Shown here piece by piece: positions 1 through 12,549 of a stretch of 39,119 nt of DNA (positions within the stretch are counted from its first letter, which is position 1; the number at the start of each line of letters is the position of its first letter). The notes beneath the pieces were generated by a model. It was not told where the DNA came from. It was given only the letters and a program-made list of their open reading frames with translations, and made no database searches. This DNA is from Chiloscyllium plagiosum (Eukaryota), in the NCBI RefSeq assembly GCF_004010195.1, contig NW_025214402.1, positions 1 through 39,119 on the forward strand, in the 5' to 3' direction. The translations under genes were made by a program, and so were the position numbers.

Positions 1-628
1 CTAGATGTCTCCTCAACTGCTTCATAAAGTGTGTCATTCTGCATGACATCCCTTCTACGCTTGAAGATTTCCCCGATTGCATTGAGCAGAATATCTGAAT
101 TAATCCTATACTCATCTCAATTTCCATTATTTTTGCATTGAACATACTGACACACAGATCTGGCCTTTTACAGGCAAAATTTAGCCCCTATGATCTTCAC
201 AACAGGAAACAACTCATGAAATGAGACTAATATTTAGTGAGACTGTTAAATAGTTCTTTCCAAGTTCAGTGATTCATTTCACTTGAAGTTCTCCTCCCAT
301 AAATGAAACAGTCTTTGACAGTTTAAATCATGAGCAGTCCATTAAGCCATCCTCTGAGACTATCATTTGGATTTTGGCATTGTCTTCCTTCCTGAGACCA
401 GCAGTAAAATAAGAGTCTAGTTGCCTTATGTTTCTCTTTACAAATGTTGCTCTCGTGATCAATATAAAAAGTCATATCATGTCACAACCATATTTCCCTA
501 TTGATCAATGCATTTGAAATTTTAATCACAATTTCTTTGATCCTCAACTACCAACAAATTTAACTGGTCCAAAAATCTTAAATACATCCAGACAATGAAA
601 AAGCAATACACTGAAGATAACAATTTAT

Positions 629-880
629 GGGCGGCACGGTGGCACAGTGGTTAGCACTGCTGCCTCACAGCGCCTGAGACCCGGGTTCAATTCCCGCCTC
701 AGGCGACTGACTGTGTGGAGTTTGCACGTTCTCCCCGTGTCTGCGTGGGTTTCCTCCGGGTGCTCCGGTTTCCTCCCACAGTCCAAAGATGTGNNNNNNN
801 NNNNNNNNNNNNNNNNNNNNNNNGTGTGGACTTGTTGGGCCGAAGGGCCTGTTTCCACACTGTAAGTAATCTAATCTAAT
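629..880 (+). mobile_element. HE1-type (V-SINE, tRNA-derived) SINE containing an assembly gap (N at 794-823)
   Basis: Head GGGCGGCACGGTGGCACAGTGGTTAGCACTGCTGCCTCACAGC with A box and B box (GGTTCAATTCC); V-domain TGTGTGGAGTTTGCACGTTCTCCCCGTGTCTGCGTGGGTTTCCTCCGGGTGCTCCGGTTTCCTCCCACAGTCCAAAG; tail (TAATC)n. Confidence 0.93.
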
Positions 881-1013
881 TATTAAATATTTCCGATTGA
901 AACGCAATTTCATTCAAACTTGTTCATGATATGAAGTCCCAAACGATCATAAGTAGCAATGCAACATTCTTTTTAACCTTTAAATATTTGTGTGCATATA
1001 CACATCAACTCAC

Positions 1014-1048
1014 CTCATGATACAACAAACAAAATGGCATACAGCTAG
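1014..1048 (-). other. Candidate 35-nt internal exon of the minus-strand CpG-island gene (5' UTR or start-codon exon)
   Basis: Minus strand reads ctgattttaaccattttAG|CTAGCTGTATGCCATTTTGTTTGTTGTATCATGAG|GTGAGT: branch-like motif plus pyrimidine acceptor, a near-consensus donor, in non-repetitive DNA; ATC-ATG-AG at the 3' end. Confidence 0.45.
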
Positions 1049-1146
1049 CTAAAATGGTTAAAATCAGCTGAGTGAACCATCTGAGCTGATTCCACTGCAA
1101 GTCTTCTCCGCTAGCTCCCCCATCCTCGTCCACCACAACCCCCCAG

Positions 1147-1256
1147 GGCTCTTGGGACACAGTGGGCATGTTCCTACCGCTAGGCCAGAGCTGTGGGTTC
1201 GAGTCCCAACCCCAGATGCGTTGTAATACTTCGGAGCAAGTTGGTTAAAAATATCT
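1147..1256 (+). mobile_element. Degenerate short tRNA-derived SINE-like element
   Basis: A-box-like TGGGACACAGTGG and B-box GGTTCGAGTCC; related reverse fragments near 11290-11370, 16080-16133 and 16280-16345. Confidence 0.5.
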
Positions 1257-1470
1257 ATGCCCCTCTTGAAATAAGGCCAGGTGTGGTCCCAAAGTCTTTT
1301 AGCAAATCTTTGTTACTTTTATGCTCCAACCCCTTGCAATGAAGGCAATCTTTTTATTTGCCTTCCTAAATACTTACTCTACATTAATGCTTGACACTTT
1401 AATTGATGTACAGCAACATACTGCAGCCTCTTATCCTTTAAAGAAATATATATGACTTAGCGATTTTTGA

Positions 1471-2118
1471 GAAGAATTGTAGCTCAGGTTGATAAGTATG
1501 TAAGTTAACTCCCTGAGCTTGAAGGTTTGTTTTCAGATGTTTCGCCACCATACCAGGTAACATCATTAGTGAGACACTCTGGCGAAGCGCTGATGGTATA
1601 TCCCACCTCTCTATTTATAGGTCCTGGTTTTTATTTAAGGTGGGTGATGTCATTTCCGTTTTTTTTCCCCAAGGAAAGGTAAATAGGGTCTGAATCAATG
1701 TGTTTTGGTTCTGGTTAGAATGCCAAGCCTCTAAGAATTCTCGTGAGTGTCTTAGTTTCACCTGTCCTAGGATATATACATAGAGAAAATAAGGATACTG
1801 CTTTGACTGGGACAACACACACATCCTAGGACAGGCAAAACAAAAGACACATACACATACGTGAAATCTTAGAGGCATGCTATTCTAACCAGAACACCAT
1901 CAATAAACACATCGATTACGACCCTATCTACCTTTCCTTGAAAAAAAAAAGAACCGGAAATAACATCACCGACCTTAAAAAACCAAGACATATAAAAAGA
2001 GAAGCGGGACATACCATCAGCGCTTCACCATGGATTCTCATTAATGATGTTACCTAGTACAGTGACAAACATCTGAAAACAAACCTTCAAGCTCAGCGAG
2101 CTAACTATACTGCTTATC
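1471..2118. mobile_element. Fold-back (inverted) Penelope-like element 3' end, inserted in an old CR1 fragment
   Basis: ~1495-1772 is the reverse complement of ~1822-2118; encodes a GIY-YIG C-terminal remnant (FDWDNTHILGQAKQRH..RE.LEA..SNQN.INKHID); each arm has a decayed hammerhead motif. Confidence 0.8.
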
Positions 2119-2489
2119 TATTCTTGTTGCTAATGTGGAGTAGACACTCATTTTTCCACATTCCACAATAATTTGCCAATGATTGTGCTATAAGTTAAAG
2201 ATGTATTTTCCCCCCATGCATCATGTGACAATATTAAAGTAAACTTGAAAATTCAGAGGCCAGGAGCCAGGAAGAATCTCTAAAACTGGATCTTCTCAGT
2301 TGCTGGCTATTTACTTTAGTGTGGTGAGACCACTGCGCATTTAGTGTCTCAAATAGAACTAGTCAACCAGGCTAAGGATCAATGACTCAAGAATCTTGTC
2401 AAAACGTGGCAGGAGGCTGTCTGACCATTTGGGGGAACACAATGGCATACAGCTAATGACGAATCTCATCACTGCTGACAGTAGAATTA

Positions 2490-2720
2490 AAAATTGATTA
2501 ATAAATCTGCATTGGAAAGCGAGTTTCAGCGACATTAACATTAAACTTTCAATCGTTGTTAAAAAAAAACTCAAACAAACATTCTTCAGGGAGGGAATTC
2601 TGCTGCTCTTATCTGGTCTGGCCTACACATGGCTCCAGAACCACAGCAAGCCACTCAGTACAAGGGCAATTCGAGGTGGAAACAAATGTTGCTTGTCAGC
2701 GATGCTGACAACCCAAAAAT
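2490..2720 (+). mobile_element. Partial tRNA-derived SINE with CR1-clade tail (same family as 21259-21587)
   Basis: CTTATCTGGTCTGGCCTACACATGGCTCCAGAACCACAGCAA..AAGGGCAATT..AAATGTTGC matches the body and tail of the 21259-21587 copy. Confidence 0.65.
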
Positions 2721-4639
2721 TAATATAGAAAGTTTGGATATGATTGATCACACGGAAGATAAGCCATTTGTTTTAAAATTCCATTTGTTTTAAAAATAGA
2801 CACAGTCACAAGATGCAATTTCAATTTTCATTGCAAACCAACAAAAATTAGACATCAAAACTTGGAATGCACCTTTCAAATGCCAATTTTTTTTGAATTG
2901 TGACATATAATAAATCGGGAACCCAATATGCATTTCCTCATTAATTTTACTGGAATTGAACGGAGACCACAATCATGGGTTTTTCCACAAATTTTGATTC
3001 CCAAACTGTCTCCATGACTAACCATTGGCCTACTTTTACCAATAGCAAGTTCTCAAATGTAGCACATCACAAAAAAAAGTCAGAATGATGGTAACATCTA
3101 AGTGTGGGTGATAGCTTCAAAAACCACAGCAAACTGGAAAGTCTGATTTAATTTATTATGTGCTATTATAGGTATGGAACATAAACTCCACAATAGATTT
3201 TCTACATTCACTGCAACACTATGTCAAGTCAAAAGGTATAGTCCTAAACAGATAATAAAGGAGGGATGATCTTCATACAGTACCACTGCAAATGCATGAA
3301 TTGTTGACTGGCAGAATAAAATGGTCATAAGATCCAAATGCTCTTTCATTAATTAATTCACAATTCACAAGAGTGTACAAATTAATAGGTGGTTAAACAC
3401 TCCTGATTGTAAAAATGCATCATGCCCTTTAAGAGTTGATGTTTTGAATATACTGCCTAGCATGTAGTGCCATCCTCTACCTTCTTCTAAAACTGGTTCT
3501 GCCAGTAATGAAATTCAATAAACAAGCTCAGTGGATTGAAATTGCTTACATTATATAACTATACAATACTGCTGCTCAGGTTTAAGACTGCTACAATGCT
3601 CTCTTCAGGGTACCTAACTCCACTTTTGTTGCATTATCTGTTTAGACTCTGACTTTAAAGTCAGAATCTTCATTATGTTGCAGAAATAGACCATTCAGCC
3701 CAACGTGCCTGAGTGCCAATGTCCTGCTTTACCCCATGATACTGCATGTTGTTTCTATTTTAATTAATCATCCAATGCTTTCTTGAATATCTCAGTTGAA
3801 CTTGCCTCCACACCATACTTCTACACAGTGCATTCCATACTGTAATTATTTGCTGTGTGAAAGTTTCCACCTCCAATTTGTTTTGTTTGCAAACATTTTA
3901 AAACTGCACTCACTGTTCCTCAAACAGTTTGAATGGAATTAGTTTCTCCGTAACTACAGAGTCGACCCTGCAAAGTCCTCTTTAATAACATGTGGGAGTG
4001 CTATCTCACAGACAAGTCAAGCAATAATGTGCCAGATACCACATTCATGATCCCTTGATATTTCCTGTCCAACAGAGGTGGCAGCACAGCGGTATAGGTT
4101 CGGGAGGCCTCTTATTGATCTTGGACCCCACGGAGTCTTATGGCTTCCGGTTAAACATGGGTAAGGAAACTTCCTGCTGCTTATCAGGTACTATCATCCT
4201 TCAGCTGACACAACAGCACTCCTCCGTGATGAGCAACACTTGAAGGAAGCACTGAGGGTGGCAAGGATGCAAAACAGAACCATAGAAATTACACAGCAAA
4301 GATGGGGGCTATTCAGCTGATGTTGCCCATGCCAACCCAAAGAAACTCAGCTGCCTTTTCATCTTCATGCATATGGCCCATAGCTCTGCAGCTTACAGCA
4401 TTTTAAATGCAGATCCAGATAATTTTTAGAAGAGTTCAGGGTCTCTGCCTCCATCACCAACTCAGGCAGCAAATTGCAGACACCGCTGCATAAATTAAGC
4501 TTTTCCTTATGGTTTCTCATCCTTCTGTTACGTAGCTTGAATCTACGACCGACCCCTGGTTTTTAAATTTTCTGCCAAGGGAAACAGGTTCCTCCTGTCT
4601 ACTCTATCCATACCCTTCACAATTTTGTATAATTTTGCA

Positions 4640-5853
4640 TTGGAGGCAGAGGGTGACCTAATAAGAGGTTTATAAAATAGTGAGGGGCATAGAACACGAT
4701 AAATAGACAAGGTTTCTACCTTAGGGTGGGGCTGTCTAGAATTAGAGGGCATAGGTTTAGGGTGAGAGGAGAAAAATTTTAAAAGGAACCTATGAGACAG
4801 CTTTTTCATGCAGAGGGTGGTGCATGTATGGATGAGCTGCCAGAGGAAGTGGTGAAGGCTGGTACAATTACAACATTTAGAGGAATATGGGCCAAATGCT
4901 GACAAATGAGCCTAGATTAGTTTAGGATATCTGGTATAGTTAGTAAGTTTGCAGATGACACCTAAAATTGGACGTGTAATAGACAGCGAAGAAGGTTACC
5001 TCAGATTACAATGGGATCTTGATCAGACGGGCCAATGGGCTGAGAACTGGCAGATGGAGTTTAATTTAGATAAATGCAAGGTGCTGCATTTTGGGAAAGC
5101 AAATCCTAGCAGGACTTATACACTTAATGGTAAGGTCCCAGAGAGTGTTGCTGAACAATGAGACCTTGGACTGCAGGTTCATAGCTCCTCGAAAGTGGAG
5201 TCGCAGGTAGATAGTATAGTGAAGGCGGCGATTGATATGCTTTCCTTTATTAGTCAGAGTATTGAGTACAGGAGTTGGGAGGTCATGTTGCGGTTATATG
5301 GGACACTGGTTAGGCCACTGTTGAAATATTGCATGCAACTCTAGTCGCCTTCCTATCAGAAAGATGTTGTGGAACTTGAAAGGGTTCAGAAAAGATTTAC
5401 AAGGATGTTGCCAGGGTTGGAAGATTTGAGCTATTGGGAGAGGTTGAAGAGGCTAGGGCTATTTTCTCTGGAATGTCAGAGGCTGAGGGGTGACCTTACA
5501 GAGGTTTACAAAATTATGAGGGGCATGAACGGAATAAATATACAAATGGGGTCGGGGAGTCCAGAACTAGAGGGCATAGGTTTAGGGTGAGAGGGGATAG
5601 ATATAAAAGAGAACTAAGAAGCAACTTTTTCACACAGAGGGTGGTACATGTATGGAAAGAGCTGCCAAAGGAAGTAGTGGAGGCTGGTACAATTGCAACA
5701 TTTAAAAGGCATCTGGATGGGTATATGAATAGGTTTGGAGGGATATGGACCAGGTGCTGGCAGGTGGGATTAGATTGGGTTGGGATACCTGGTCGGCATG
5801 GACGAGTTGGACCGAAGGATCTGTTTCCTTGCTGTACATTTCTATGACTTTAT
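4640..5853 (+). mobile_element. CR1 (HER1-like) LINE 3' regions: a short 3' end (4640-4935) followed by a longer RT C-terminal copy (4935-5853)
   Basis: KFADDTKIG..DSEEGYLRLQWDLDQ..WQMEFNLDKCKVLHFG; LERVQKRFTRMLPGL..RLRGDLTEVYKIMRG; NFFTQRVVHVW; 3' tail ..GACGAGTTGGACCGAAGG..CTATGAC. Confidence 0.9.
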
Positions 5854-6332
5854 GTCACCCTTCAGCCTTCTCCGTTCCTAGAAAAGCAATCCAAACCTCT
5901 CCAGTCTGTCCTAAAAGCTGCAATTCTCCAGGCCCGACAACATTGTAGGGTATCCTCTCTGCACTCTCTCCAAAGCAATGCAGCAACCTGTAATGTTGCG
6001 ATTAGAACTGCATACAATACTCTGGTTGTGTCTTACACAGTTTCATCATTCTTCCCCTAGTTTTGTACTCCATACCTCTGCCAGTGAAGGAGAGCATTCC
6101 ATATATCTTTTACAAATTTATCTACCTGCACTGCTATTTTTAGGGACCACTTGTACACCAAGATCTCTCTCTTCATCTCTCCCTCTCAGTATATTTCAAA
6201 TTTATTTTGAATTTCCTTTTACTATTTGACCTCCCCAAATGCATTACCTTAAAGCTGAACTCCATCTGCAACTTTGCCGCCCAGTCCACCAATTCATCTA
6301 TATCATTTGAGCTTATAGTTACCTTCTACACA

Positions 6333-6632
6333 ATTAGATTAGATTAGATTAGATTAGATTCCCTACAGTATGGAAACAAGTCCACACTGGCCCAACGAAG
6401 AGTAACCAAACCAGACTCATTCCCCTACCCTGTATAAACCCCTGACTAATGTGCCTAACACTAAGGGCAATTTAGCATGGCCAATTCACCTGACCTGCAC
6501 ATCTTTGGATTATGATAGGAAACAGGTGCACCCGGAGGAAACCCACACAGACAGTCGCCCAAGGCGGGAATTGAACCCGGGTCGCTGGCGCTGTGAGGCA
6601 ACAGTGAGAATCACTGAGCCACTGTGCAACCC
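6333..6632 (-). mobile_element. HE1 SINE (internally deleted)
   Basis: (TTAGA)5 tail plus reverse complement of the V-domain and head. Confidence 0.9.
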
Positions 6633-7050
6633 ACTGCCAATTTTTGTCTCTTCTTCAAATTTCTCACATATGCATCCATATTCAAGTCCAAATTGTTGAT
6701 GCATAAAAACAAGCAGCAGGGATCCCAACACTTGAGCCCTGCAGAACGCCACTTGAAACAGTTTTCCATTCTTAATAGCAGCCTATGATTCTGTGACTAA
6801 GCCAACTTTGGATCCAATTTGATACATTACCCTGTATCACACAGGCTTTTACTTTTTTAACCAGTCTGCCAAGTGGGACCTCAACAAATGCCTTATTAAA
6901 TTCCACAGAGACGTGACAAATGTACTCTGGGTTGAGATTTTCAATGTTCATCATGAACAGTGGCTCAACAACAGCACTACAGATCAAGTTAGTCAGGTCT
7001 TAAAGAGCATAGCTGCTAGAGTGGGTCTGTGACAGGTAGTGAGGTAACCA

Positions 7051-7357
7051 ACGGTGGCACAGTGGTTAGCACTGCTGCCTCGCAGCGCCAGAGACCCGGG
7101 TTCAATTCCCGACTCAGGCGACTGACTGTGTGGAGTTTGCACGTTCTCCCCGTGTCTGCGTGGGTTTCCTCCGGGTGCTCCGGTTTCCTCCCACAGTCCA
7201 AAGATGTGCAGGTTAGGTGAATTGGCCATACTAAATTGCCCGTAGTGTTAGGTAAGGGGTAAATGTAGGGGTATGGGTGGGTTTCGCTTCGGCGGGTCGG
7301 TGTGGATTTGTTGGGCCGAAGGGCCTGTTTCCACACTGTAATCTAATCTAATCTAAT
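7051..7357 (+). mobile_element. HE1 SINE, near full length, young
   Basis: Nearly identical to 629-880; (AATCT)n tail; flanked by CAAC at 7049-7052 and 7358-7361. Confidence 0.95.
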
Positions 7358-8699
7358 CAACAAGAAGGAAATACAAAATTGACCTCATCGTTACTAACCC
7401 ATCAGCTGCAAATGCATTTGGCCTAGATAGTAATCGGTAAGAGTGATCAGTGCATACAGTTTTTTTTCTGGAGACCAAGTTCCATCTTCACATTGAGAAT
7501 ACCCACCCTAATCTTCTGTGGCACTATCACTGTGCTAAACGGGATAAACTTCAAACAGATCTGGCAACTCAAGTCAGGGCATTCATGAGGCACTGTAGAC
7601 CAGCAACAGCAGCAGAATTGCGACCAATCCAATTTGCAACCCCAGTCCTGGCATATCCCTTGCTCAGCCAGTACCATTAAACAAGGGGATCAACTCTGGT
7701 TCAATGGACAGTTCAGGAGGGCATGCCAGGAGCAACACCAGGCATAATCGAAAAAACCTGAAGCTACTAAACTGGACTACTTGCATGCCAAACAGTGTAA
7801 GCAGCAAGTGATAAAAACAGATCCAATCTAAGCACTACAGTCCTGCCACATCCAGTCAGGAATGGTGGTGGACAAATGATTCATTGGAGGAGGCGGCTTC
7901 ACAAATATTTCCATCTTCAACAATGGAAAGGCTTCCATCTTCAACAACATCAGTGCAAAAGGCTGAAGCATTCACAGCAATTTTCAACACAAAGGGCTAA
8001 GTAGATGATCCACCTTGGCCTCCGCCAGTAGTCCCCATCATGACAGATATCAGTCTTCAGCTAATTCAATTCATTTCACTTGATATCAAGAAACAGTTGC
8101 AGGCACTGGATACTGTAAAGTCTATGTGCACAGACAGTATTTGGCAATTACACTGAACACCTGTGCTCCAGAACTTGCTCCTACCCTAACCAAGTTCTTC
8201 CAATGCAGTTATAACATTGGCATCTACACAACAATGTGGAAAATTGCCAGGTATGTCCTGTATCCAAAAAAGCAGGACAAATCCAATCCAGCCAATCACC
8301 ACCCATCTGTCTACTCCCGATCATCAATAAAGTGATGGAAGGTGCATCAACAGTGTGATCAAGCAGCACCTGCTCAGCAATAACCTGCAGTGACCCAGTT
8401 TAGTTTCTGTTAAGGCCACTCAGCTCCTGACCACATTACAGCCTCAGCTCAAACATGGACAAGAGAGCTGAAATCCAGAGAAGAGTGTGACATTAGTGGA
8501 CAAGATGGAATGACACTCAAACATTGTTGCACAATCACGAACACGGAGGTTAGCTTTCAGTTCCAGACTGCTTGCTTGGGTTCAAATTCCATTACATCCT
8601 CTGGTGAGATTTGCCTGGGCCCCTGGATTCCCATTTCAGTGACATTACCACTCTACCCCTCTCTGTCCTGGAATAGGGGAATGATAGTAGCATAGAACT

Positions 8700-11180
8700 T
8701 CATAGCACTTAGAGAAAGGACTTAGAGAAGTTGATGGAATGGCCAAATAAGTGGCAGAAGACTTTCAATGGAGAAATCGGAGGTGATTATTTTGGTTGGA
8801 AGGCGATAAAGAGACAATATAAGATAAAGGATGCAACTTTTGTAAGTGTAGGAGAAGTGGGACCTAAGAGTTCTTGTGTACATTGTGGGACTGTAACGAA
8901 CACGATTTTTTTTTTAAACATGCCACTTACACAAGGAAGGAATGAATTTGCGGATTTGTTTCACAATGATTTAGCTTCAGACAACTGCTGGAAATATTAT
9001 TTTAAAAATTGCAAAGATTGGCCCAATAATTACAGTCCAGTCAGTTTTAAATTCAGTTGGGGGAATGTTTCTAGAAACAATTAATTGGGATAGAACAGAG
9101 AATTATAGGTGTCCACCTAACATCAGTTAGGGAGCAAAATGCTAGGGGGATCTATTATAAAAGACAGGCTAACAACATTTAGAAAGCATTAATGGGATTG
9201 GATAAATCCAACATGGATTTAGAAAAGGCAAATCATGCTGGAAAAAAAACATGTGCCAGAGTATTTTGAGCATTTAGCTAATAAAATTTGTAAAAGAGAA
9301 CCAGTAGATGTGGTCTATTTGGATTTTCAGAAAGCTTTTGATAAAGTCCCTCAGAAATGGTTAGCTGGCAAAATTAAAGCCCACAGGATAGAGGGCATCA
9401 CACAAAGAGTAAGAATCATCCAGCATGGATACAGATTCTTCAGTCCAACTTGTCCACACCGAGCAGACGTCAGAATATGATCCAGTCCCATTTGCCAGCT
9501 TTTGACCCATTCCCTTCTGAACCCTTCATATTCATAAACCCATCCTGAGGGTTTTTAAAATGTTGTAATTGTACCTGCCTCCACCACTTCCTCTGGCAGC
9601 TAGTTCTTTACACATGTCACCATCTACAACAAAAAAGTTACCTGTCAGGTCCCTTTTAAATCTTCCCCCTCGCACCTTAAAACTATACCTTCTAGTTTTG
9701 GGTTTCCCCTCCCTAGGAAAAAGACCTTGGCTATTCACCCTATCCATGCCCCTCTCAGCCTGTTGGCATGGACCACAAATTAGTTGACAGACAAGAAACA
9801 GTAGTGAATAAATGAGTCTTCCCCCTGCCCCGAGCAGCATGCAGTAACGTCTGGGTACCATAAGGATCTGTATCTTGGCCCTAGCTATTCATCATATGAA
9901 TTATCTGGATGAGGGAACCAAACGCAACATTTCCAAGTTTGCTGATGACACAAAGGGATTGTGAGATGAGAGGAGGATGCAAGGAGACATGATTTAAACA
10001 AGTTGAGCAAGTGGGCAAACACATGGCAGATGCAATACATGTCAGTGTAACCAACAGAAAGGTATATTACAGTACCAAATGGTGATTTATTGGGAAATGT
10101 GGATGGCCTTGTGCACCAGTCAATAAGATCAACAGGCGTTTTCACCCAGAGGGTGACAGGACTCTGGAAGGGCAGTTGAGGCAAGAATCCTGTCTTTAAA
10201 AAGTACTTGGATAAGCACTTGAAATGTCATTACATTCAAAGATATGAGCCAAGTGCTGGAAAGTGGGATTAATGTAGATTTAGAATAAACTTTTCTTTTA
10301 TGAGTGTAGATTTAGTGGGCCAAGGAACCACTTCTGTAATATATGATTCTATATGTAGCTAGCAATTAGGAAGGCAAATAGCGTAGTGGCTTTATTGCAA
10401 GAGGATTTGTATTTAAAACTAGGGATTTTTTTTGCATATGCTACCAGAAAGAAAGAGAGCGCGAGACAGAGAGCAGTGGAGGCTCACTAGGCTGACATCA
10501 GGGATAGCAGAACTGTCGTATGAAAGAGATTGACTTGACTGGCCCTGAATGTATTAGAGTCAAGAAGGATGGCAGTGGGAATTTAATTAAAATTTCAACA
10601 GTGCTGGACAAACTTTGGGTTGGCACGGTGGCTCAGTGGTTAGCACTGCTGCCTCACAGCACCAGGGACCCAGGTTCGATTCCGGCCTCAGGCAGCAGTC
10701 TGTGTGGAGTCTGCACGGGTTTCCTCCGGGTGCTCCAGTTTCCTCCCACAGTCCAAAGGTGTGCAGGTCAGGTGAATTGCCATGCTAAGTTGCCCATAGT
10801 GTTAGGTGCATTCATCAGAGGGAAATAGGTCTGGATGGGTTACTCTTCGGAGGGTCGGTGTGGACTTGTTGGGCCGAAGGGTCTGTTTCCACACTGTAGG
10901 GAATTTAATCTAAAGTCAGGAGGATGTTCCCCACTTGGGGAAAATCAGGGGCCACAAGATAAAAGGCCCAAAAATAAAGAAATATCGCTTCAATTAAAGG
11001 GCAGTGAATCTATGAAATTCTCTACCACAGAAAGCTGAAGGCCATGTGAATGAAAAGACAGAATTTTTTTCTAGATTTTAAAGACATTAAGGAGTAGGGG
11101 GACAGGCAGGAATAGGGTATTGAGAATGAGGATCAGCCATGGTCATATTGAAAGGAAGGAAATACTGTTCATAGTTTCTA
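8700..11180. mobile_element. Cluster of degenerate CR1 fragments (mostly +; minus 3' end at ~9410-9760)
   Basis: VDVVYLDFQKAFDKVP (9304-9351); ISKFADDTK near 9930-9955; minus GMDRVNSQGLFPREGKPKTRRYSFKVRGGRFKRDL. Confidence 0.8.
10617..10913 (+). mobile_element. HE1-type SINE (internally deleted variant)
   Basis: GGCACGGTGGCTCAGTGGTTAGCACTGCTGCCTCACAGC..GGTTCGATTCC; V-domain; TAATCTAA tail. Confidence 0.9.
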
Positions 11181-12288
11181 ATCATTTAGTACATCAGCCA
11201 TTTACTTTATTTCCATAAGCAAATTTCCTTTTTCCTAATCAGCCTATACCTCCCACCATTCTTTTACAGATATCTAAAATCAACTAGATTTGACATGTTG
11301 GAACACACATCTAGGCCAGATGAGACTTCAACTCAGGCCTCCTGGTCAAGAGATTAGCAATGCACCACAACAGTATGCCTTTAAAATTTTAGGATTGTCT
11401 TTATGTTGGGCTGTCAGTCTCTATTCATTCTCCCTCTCTGCTTTTCTTTTTGGGTTTTGTCATTTCTCCTGTGAATCTTCTTTATTCAACCTGGTTATCA
11501 ATAGCATTTACCTGTACTACCTGATCTCTATGATTCCTATCTCTATGTCATCCAAGCAGCTCTGGATTTGTTTGTCATTCCTTTCCCTTTTAAAGGAATC
11601 TATCTTGACTGCAAACAACTCTTAAATCAATCCACTGACAATAGTGTACTACACAAACAATACACATTAACTTTCCAGTTACATTTTACACTGCAATTTC
11701 ATCCTTTTAATGGTGGAAGAAAAACATTCTAGCACGTTTTCCTAGGATCTCACTGGAGTTTTTAGATTTGACATCCATGATTAAATTCTGCATTTCACTA
11801 CAGACTTTCGTCAAAGTGGCAGCTCATCACTTCAGTGATAAACTGCTAACATCAGTTAATTAAAAACTGTAATGAAAGCAGATGCTACAGATCCAAAATA
11901 AAAGAAACACTTTCTTGTTAGAACATCAGAGTCATATTTGGCTTAAAATTCTAACTCTTGCGCTTTCTCTCGATAGCTAGACCCAGGTTTATTGGGCATC
12001 TTGTCTTTTTCATTAAAAACTGGATTTCATTTACATCAGAATCATGACATTCTAGCAAAATAACAAACAAAATTGAGAGTGGGGGGGGGGGGAACTGCAA
12101 AAATAATGCAGATTGTCAACAATAAAGAGGTTTGATACACTTGGGAAAACAAATTGAGTCTTGTGATACATTTTACATTTAAATGTAACTGATCTTGTTT
12201 TAATGATATTTGAAATGTCAAAATGGTTCCAATGATAAAAATGGGATTAAAAAGGGTTTCTAAAACAAAACAAATAACTGTAGCCATT

Positions 12289-12440
12289 GGGAGATCTGAA
12301 TCACACCAAAACGGAAATTGCTGAACAAACTCAGCAGGTCTGGCAGCATCTGTGAAGAAAAAGCATAATTAATGTTGAGTCCAGTGACCCCTTCACAGTT
12401 CTGTTAGATCTGCTGACTTTCTCCAGCAATTTGTCTTCAT
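12289..12440. mobile_element. Short Penelope-end-derived palindromic repeat (CTCAGCAGGTCTGGCAGCATCTG family), degenerate
   Basis: GAAATTGCTGAACAAACTCAGCAGGTCTG ... AGATCTGCTGACTTTCTCCAGCAATTT inverted; relatives at ~16425-16510, 18731-18846, 26370-26450 and 30048-30145. Confidence 0.6.
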
Positions 12441-12549
12441 GTTTTTAAAGGTCATCTAAGGAACCAGAAGGAAACAAATACTAAAAAGACTAAAACGACG
12501 AATTGTGAATGCTAAAGATCTGTACAAAGCAAAACAGAAATCGCTGCCA

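Larger units (their letters stand above)
4278..6915 (-). mobile_element. CR1 LINE 3' half (minus), interrupted by a plus CR1 (4640-5853) and an HE1 SINE (6333-6632)
   Basis: Minus translations YKIVKGMDRVDRRNLFPLAENLKTRG (~4545-4630) and VEFNKAFVEVPLGRLVKKVKACVIQGNVSNWIQSWLSHR (~6790-6905). Confidence 0.8.
3990..8480 (+). mobile_element. Old CR1-clade LINE (APE endonuclease to RT start) split into ~3990-4272, ~6918-7052 and ~7358-8480 by nested insertions
   Basis: Remnant APE peptides EEALRVARMQ / NVLWVEIFNVHHEQWL / .PTR..../ DLIVTN join across the inserts; RT-proximal CAPELAPTLTKFFQCSYNIGIY..MWKIA..KKQDKSNPAN at 8126-8335; many stops and frameshifts. Confidence 0.75.

Noticed and set aside
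1..160. Minus-strand open stretches (ILLNAIGEIFKRRRDVMQNDTLYEAVEETS; MFNAKIMEIEM..) running off the window edge
   Set aside because: Weak acceptor, upstream stops and no recognisable family; cannot be supported as an exon
629..700. tRNA-like A/B boxes here and in other SINE heads
   Set aside because: SINE promoters followed by SINE bodies; no complete cloverleaf
625..913. Recurring ORFs such as TSLDCGRKPEHPEETHADTGR (also near 6.5, 7.0, 19, 19.8 and 30.7 kb)
   Set aside because: Translations of HE1 SINE copies, not genes
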